Below, piece by piece: positions 60,081 through 64,000 of a DNA stretch of 64,000 nt. Each line of letters begins with the position of its first letter. Position 1 is the first letter of the stretch. Source of the stretch: Sedimentisphaeraceae bacterium JB056. GTDB lineage: Bacteria; Planctomycetota; Phycisphaerae; Sedimentisphaerales; Sedimentisphaeraceae. The stretch is taken from contig JBITAJ010000029.1 of NCBI GenBank assembly GCA_044440125.1, positions 160,001 through 224,000 on the forward strand, read 5' to 3'. The notes beneath the pieces were generated by a model that saw only the letters and a program-made list of their open reading frames with translations, had not been told where the DNA came from and made no database searches. The translations under genes and the position numbers were made by a program.

Positions 60081-62452
60081 TTTCCGCTTTCGATACGTGC
60101 TATTATATCTTCCTGTATATCATTTGAGAGGTCGAGGAAATTAACGAATGTTCCGTGGATTCTCATTATATATATGCCGTTTGGAGCGTATTTAGCAGGC
60201 TCGGCTAATACTTTGCGAAGGTGTCCCGGGCTATCTATATTGAAATATACGTAATAAGGTGAAACTTCCTTTTCGCATTCAAAACCGAAAAGCGGTTCTA
60301 TGACTTCGTCTTTAAGTTTTCTGCCCTTTGTTTCCATATCTTCTATCCCGGCGGCTTCTTTCGGGCTCAAACCTATATGCGATGCGTAGCCACCGGTCAT
60401 TCTGTCGAACGGAAGTTTCCATGCAGAGAGTATCCGCTCTGCAAGCCCGCTGTTATCCCGCTTTACGGTCGGGTCGATTCCATAGCCCAGCATTTCTTTT
60501 GCCTTGCGGCCGTCGGGAGTGGCTCCCACTTTATAGCCGTAGAGCAGGTGCGTACTTGGTGTTGACCAGTCTGCGAGGAAAGGATTGCCGAGATTGTTTT
60601 TCAGGGAGCTGACCGCGTTGTTCACGCTTCCGGCAATACGCATTGCATACTCATCTACGCATTGCTGATCATTGCCGTATTTAGGCAGAGAATTTACGAA
60701 GGCATGGATATCTTCATAACCTGCAAAGTCATTATTCAAAGCGTTTCTCAGCTTTTCCGGTTCCCAGTTTCCGTTGCCGAGGAATTCTTTGACTGCGTAC
60801 AGTGAGTCGCTGACAACGCTTAGCCCGTGTATCAGGCAGCCGCTTCCGTTGTATTTTGTGCCTTGTTTTTCAACATCCCGCATATCTCGGAAAGTATTCA
60901 TGCCGTCCATGAGTGAGGAGGTGAACGGAACAGGATTTTTCTCTCCTAAGAGTTTGGTGCATCTGTTACCCGCTTCAGCCATTTTCGGCAGACAGTAATC
61001 GAGGATTCTATTGAAAAGCTTCTCAAGATCGGCGTATGCTTCTTTTATACCTTCATATCCAAATTCCTTCCAGCACGGAACAAGCTGCTTGCCACTCAGC
61101 AGAGATTTGCCGTCGTTCAGTGCAAGCTCTAAAATTTTTGCTATATTCAGCCAGGTGTTAGTTGTATTCAATGATGATTTCCCCATTATCAGAGGCTCCT
61201 GACAGCCGGCAATGCTGTAATCGGGCAAATCATTTATATCGATACCCTGAGAGGAGAGCAGCCGGAACATCATGTCGTCATTGAACAGTGAAGGCGTTGA
61301 GTGCCCCGGAGTAAAGAAGAATTTTCCCAACTGTTCGTATAATTGGTCGGGAGTTTTTTTATGCAGCTTAACACTCAAAGCCGGCTGCGGGTCATTTGTT
61401 GCAAAAAAAGCATCAAGGACGATATATGTCATTTCGTCTGTGGTATCTTCATTGCAAGTGTCTTTGCCGCCTACAAGAACGTTCTGCGAAATTGCCCAGC
61501 AGCGATTACCCACCTGAAAGAAGCATAACAGATGGCGAACAAGCTCTACGGCAAGATCTCTGTTCGTATTCTCAGGCGAGTAATATGGCGCCAGCACCCT
61601 GTCGATATTCCCTGCCGATATAGCATAGGGATTGGGGCTTTGCTCTATGACCATTATCTGCCATAATAGAGCGTATGTCTGCACTGCCTGGTGGAGATCG
61701 GCCGCACCGTTGTAAGGTACTGTTTCCAAGACGGATATCATCCGACTAAGTCTTTCTTTTTCATCCTCGTCATTGATTGATGAATATTTCGTTTCGGCAA
61801 GCTGCTTATACCTCTCTGCAAGTATCAAAGCCGCTTCCATTGCTCTGGCCATAGCCTTGCCGTAGCTGTTGCCGGAGACTTGTGCCTTTTCCATCATATT
61901 CTTGATGCCGTGTTTAAGAAACTTACGCATGTCCGGAATATGATGCCCTGTTACCGGTTCGAAGAAGAATACCACCTCGTCAGTAAAATCTTCATAGTCG
62001 TTATATACATCTTTTAATTGGCGTACATACGGAGCCAATTCCCAATATTTCCTTACTTTATATATCCTCTCTTCCGTAAGGCCGCTCTGGTCGGAAGGTG
62101 AGATGTCTGCGTATATAGCTGTAGGGTCGCAATAACCGGCAAAGTCTTCAACCTTAAAAGAAGGGTTTATCAGAGAATAGGACGCAGAAAAAGCACCATC
62201 CTGAGAACCGGCTATAACTGCGCCGAAAGGTATACTCAGGGGCATCTGTTTTGCCACGGCACAAAGGATGTCGGCATGCGCCATTGGTGAATCGAGATCG
62301 ACGCCTGAGGCTTTGAGTCTGATTCGTTCGTTCATTTTGATTTCCTGAACGAAAAACCAGTCGCTGACGGTCTTTTGCGATCTCTTGTACTTTCTAACCA
62401 TTTCTGCGCCGTTTTTTACGATTTTGGTCCAGTTTGTCATTAGCTGTTCCAT
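60077..62452 (-). CDS. Glycyl radical enzyme (PFL superfamily, non-PFL), function unknown
   Basis: PQPALSVK, Cys loop IAGCQEP, LPKYGND, GATPDGR, C-terminal Gly loop MRIHGTFVNF..L...IQEDIIAR; next to an activase. ATG at 62452 with GGAG. Confidence 0.85.
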   Translation of the reverse strand: MEQLMTNWTKIVKNGAEMVRKYKRSQKTVSDWFFVQEIKMNERIRLKASGVDLDSPMAHADILCAVAKQMPLSIPFGAVIAGSQDGAFSASYSLINPSFKVEDFAGYCDPTAIYADISPSDQSGLTEERIYKVRKYWELAPYVRQLKDVYNDYEDFTDEVVFFFEPVTGHHIPDMRKFLKHGIKNMMEKAQVSGNSYGKAMARAMEAALILAERYKQLAETKYSSINDEDEKERLSRMISVLETVPYNGAADLHQAVQTYALLWQIMVIEQSPNPYAISAGNIDRVLAPYYSPENTNRDLAVELVRHLLCFFQVGNRCWAISQNVLVGGKDTCNEDTTDEMTYIVLDAFFATNDPQPALSVKLHKKTPDQLYEQLGKFFFTPGHSTPSLFNDDMMFRLLSSQGIDINDLPDYSIAGCQEPLIMGKSSLNTTNTWLNIAKILELALNDGKSLLSGKQLVPCWKEFGYEGIKEAYADLEKLFNRILDYCLPKMAEAGNRCTKLLGEKNPVPFTSSLMDGMNTFRDMRDVEKQGTKYNGSGCLIHGLSVVSDSLYAVKEFLGNGNWEPEKLRNALNNDFAGYEDIHAFVNSLPKYGNDQQCVDEYAMRIAGSVNNAVSSLKNNLGNPFLADWSTPSTHLLYGYKVGATPDGRKAKEMLGYGIDPTVKRDNSGLAERILSAWKLPFDRMTGGYASHIGLSPKEAAGIEDMETKGRKLKDEVIEPLFGFECEKEVSPYYVYFNIDSPGHLRKVLAEPAKYAPNGIYIMRIHGTFVNFLDLSNDIQEDIIARIESGK

Positions 62453-62483
62453 ATTTATCTCCAAAATTAATTGTCTGCCTTGT

Positions 62484-63371
62484 TCAGCTGACTAATTGTG
62501 CGTTAATGTTTTCTTGTTTTAACATATCAATAAACTTCAGCGTCTCTTTTTCTGAAGGCTCTGCAGTATCTTTCATATTATAAACCATATCGAGAGCCTT
62601 ATACTTCGGCCTGCCGATATGGTGCATTCGCAATACTTCAATGTTTATATTGCCGTTTCTCGCTTTTGCGTCTTTCAACACTTCCTTTATAAGGCCGAGT
62701 TCTTTTGGGCCGTCGTTGAATCCTTTGACCAGCGGCACCCGTATTGTCATATCGATCCCCGAGCTTGCTGCGGTTAGTATATTATTGACGCTTCTGCCTG
62801 CTTTTGCCCCGATCCATTTCAAGGCAGTGGAGTCGCTGACGCATTTGAGATCGGTTATCAAGAGGTCGAATGCGTCCAATACGTGTTCGAAGTTTTCCGA
62901 AGATGCGTTTGTTTCAACCGCTCTGTGGCATTCTCCCTGAAGCAGTGCCGCTGTTTCGAGAAGCTCATCAAGCTGAAGTAGTGCTTCTCCTCCGCCAAAG
63001 GTAATGCCGCCGCTTTTACCGAACAGGCCTTTTATACGACGTACTTCTGTCAAAATTTTCTTTGGGGTTATATCCCTGCCGGCAAGTTCGAAACATCGGT
63101 TGTGCCATTTATTGATGCAGGGCCGGTCGCTGCATGTACGGCAGATCGTCCGGTCGAGTTTCCATGGTCGCTCTTTACTGACGGCTCCGTAAGGACAGGC
63201 GGTTTGAGGATTGGCCCCTCTCTCAGGATAGAACAGGATTTGCGGGTCGACAAGCAGGCTCTCGGGATTTGCGCACCATTTGCAGCGGAAATTGCATCCC
63301 TTGAGATATACGACCCATCTTCGTCCCGGGCCGTCAAAGCCGTTAGACCATCCTGTTGAAAATATTCTCAT
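62484..63371 (-). CDS. Glycyl-radical enzyme activating enzyme (radical SAM)
   Basis: DGPGRR.VVYLKGCNFRCKWCANPES, Cys-rich insert, GGITFGGGE, IRVPLVKGFND. Confidence 0.9.
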   Translation of the reverse strand: MRIFSTGWSNGFDGPGRRWVVYLKGCNFRCKWCANPESLLVDPQILFYPERGANPQTACPYGAVSKERPWKLDRTICRTCSDRPCINKWHNRCFELAGRDITPKKILTEVRRIKGLFGKSGGITFGGGEALLQLDELLETAALLQGECHRAVETNASSENFEHVLDAFDLLITDLKCVSDSTALKWIGAKAGRSVNNILTAASSGIDMTIRVPLVKGFNDGPKELGLIKEVLKDAKARNGNINIEVLRMHHIGRPKYKALDMVYNMKDTAEPSEKETLKFIDMLKQENINAQLVS

Positions 63372-63378
63372 TCCCTGA

Positions 63379-63999
63379 TTATCCTTTCATTGCTGCCATT
63401 GCCGCTCCGGTAGCGGCCTCTTCTTTGACATTTGCCAGATTTACAGGCTTTTTGAGTATTTCTTCTGTGATACTTAGCAATGCCGGATTCTTTCTCATTG
63501 CATTTCCGCCTGCCATTACGCAAGAGAAGTCTTCAAGGCAGGCCGGCGGTATCATATCGTATAATTCTTCGACCATAGCATAGGCAAAGGAGCGGGTGAG
63601 TTCGGAAGGGGTGAAATTCTCCGCATTTATGGCGGTTATTCTGCCTCGAAGGTCGGGATTTGCTCTTGTGCCGCAAAATCTTGGGTCCAGCTTTATCGCC
63701 GAACCGTGCTTATTTTCACTTAGAAACGAGTTCATCTTGTCATAAATCGCTTCGTCTTTGGGTGCGATTCCTGTTATTTTAGCAATAACGTCTTTAAAGA
63801 AATCTTTGAGGTATGCATAAGTCCAGCCTCCGCAGATGCTTGCACCAACGAGTATGAAGCTTCCATCGGGCATTGGCCTTGTCTCGAATCCTTCAACATA
63901 ATCGCTCTTGTTGTGAGGTATCGATATTTGCCCGCCTGTGCCTAAGTTGAGAACCGCTGCTTCTTTGGCTTTGCCGCGGGCGCCTATTACGGCGGCCTG
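63379..63999 (-). CDS. FGGY-family carbohydrate kinase (sedoheptulokinase-like); 5'-truncated by window
   Basis: Frame open to the window edge: QAAVIG...AVLNLGTGGQIS...ETRP...GASICGG...PRFCGTR...GGNAMRKN...EEAATGAA. Confidence 0.8.
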   Translation of the reverse strand, partial: QAAVIGARGKAKEAAVLNLGTGGQISIPHNKSDYVEGFETRPMPDGSFILVGASICGGWTYAYLKDFFKDVIAKITGIAPKDEAIYDKMNSFLSENKHGSAIKLDPRFCGTRANPDLRGRITAINAENFTPSELTRSFAYAMVEELYDMIPPACLEDFSCVMAGGNAMRKNPALLSITEEILKKPVNLANVKEEAATGAAMAAMKG

Positions 64000-64000
64000 A

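Noticed and set aside
60077..62452. Pyruvate formate-lyase (pflB) assignment
   Set aside because: It lacks the Cys-Cys pair and has GCQEP, in a sugar kinase/isomerase context.

Overview
Bacterial chromosome segment. Type II/IV prepilin-like H-X9-DG proteins and C-terminal dockerin-like tags suggest a planctomycete of class Phycisphaerae (inference only). About 56.7 kb (1086-57930) looks like a genomic island integrated at tRNA-Arg(TCG): the intact tRNA is at 1064-1137, and a diverged copy of its 3' half plus its terminator sits at 57806-57928. I found no integrase. The island is almost entirely catabolic and has three regulator-led modules. (1) A GntR operon of amino-sugar and organic-acid enzymes: NagB-like, ceramidase-like, oxidoreductases, split Fe-S hydro-lyase, AtuA/DUF4387 and PIG-L deacetylase. 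(2) After a sulfatase cassette bounded by ~430-bp direct repeats and carrying IS5 and IS110 remnants, a second GntR module: prepilin-like protein, FG-GAP/VCBS propeller proteins, GHL10-like and Asp-box sialidase-like hydrolases, Na+ symporter, GH94, GH1, two aldolases, class III aminotransferase, AKR and TauE. (3) A LacI module: three paralogous GH42-like hydrolases, beta-helix-like proteins, a second prepilin-like protein, nucleoside hydrolase and symporter. Many secreted proteins combine a small set of shared domains and carry a dockerin-like tag. Right of the island, a minus-strand operon encodes an FGGY sugar kinase, a glycyl-radical activase, a glycyl radical enzyme with an atypical RIHGTF glycine loop, a GntR/LacI hybrid regulator and a PMI-like isomerase, which may be an undescribed radical sugar-phosphate pathway. 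All family calls come from reading motifs by eye; no database searches were run.
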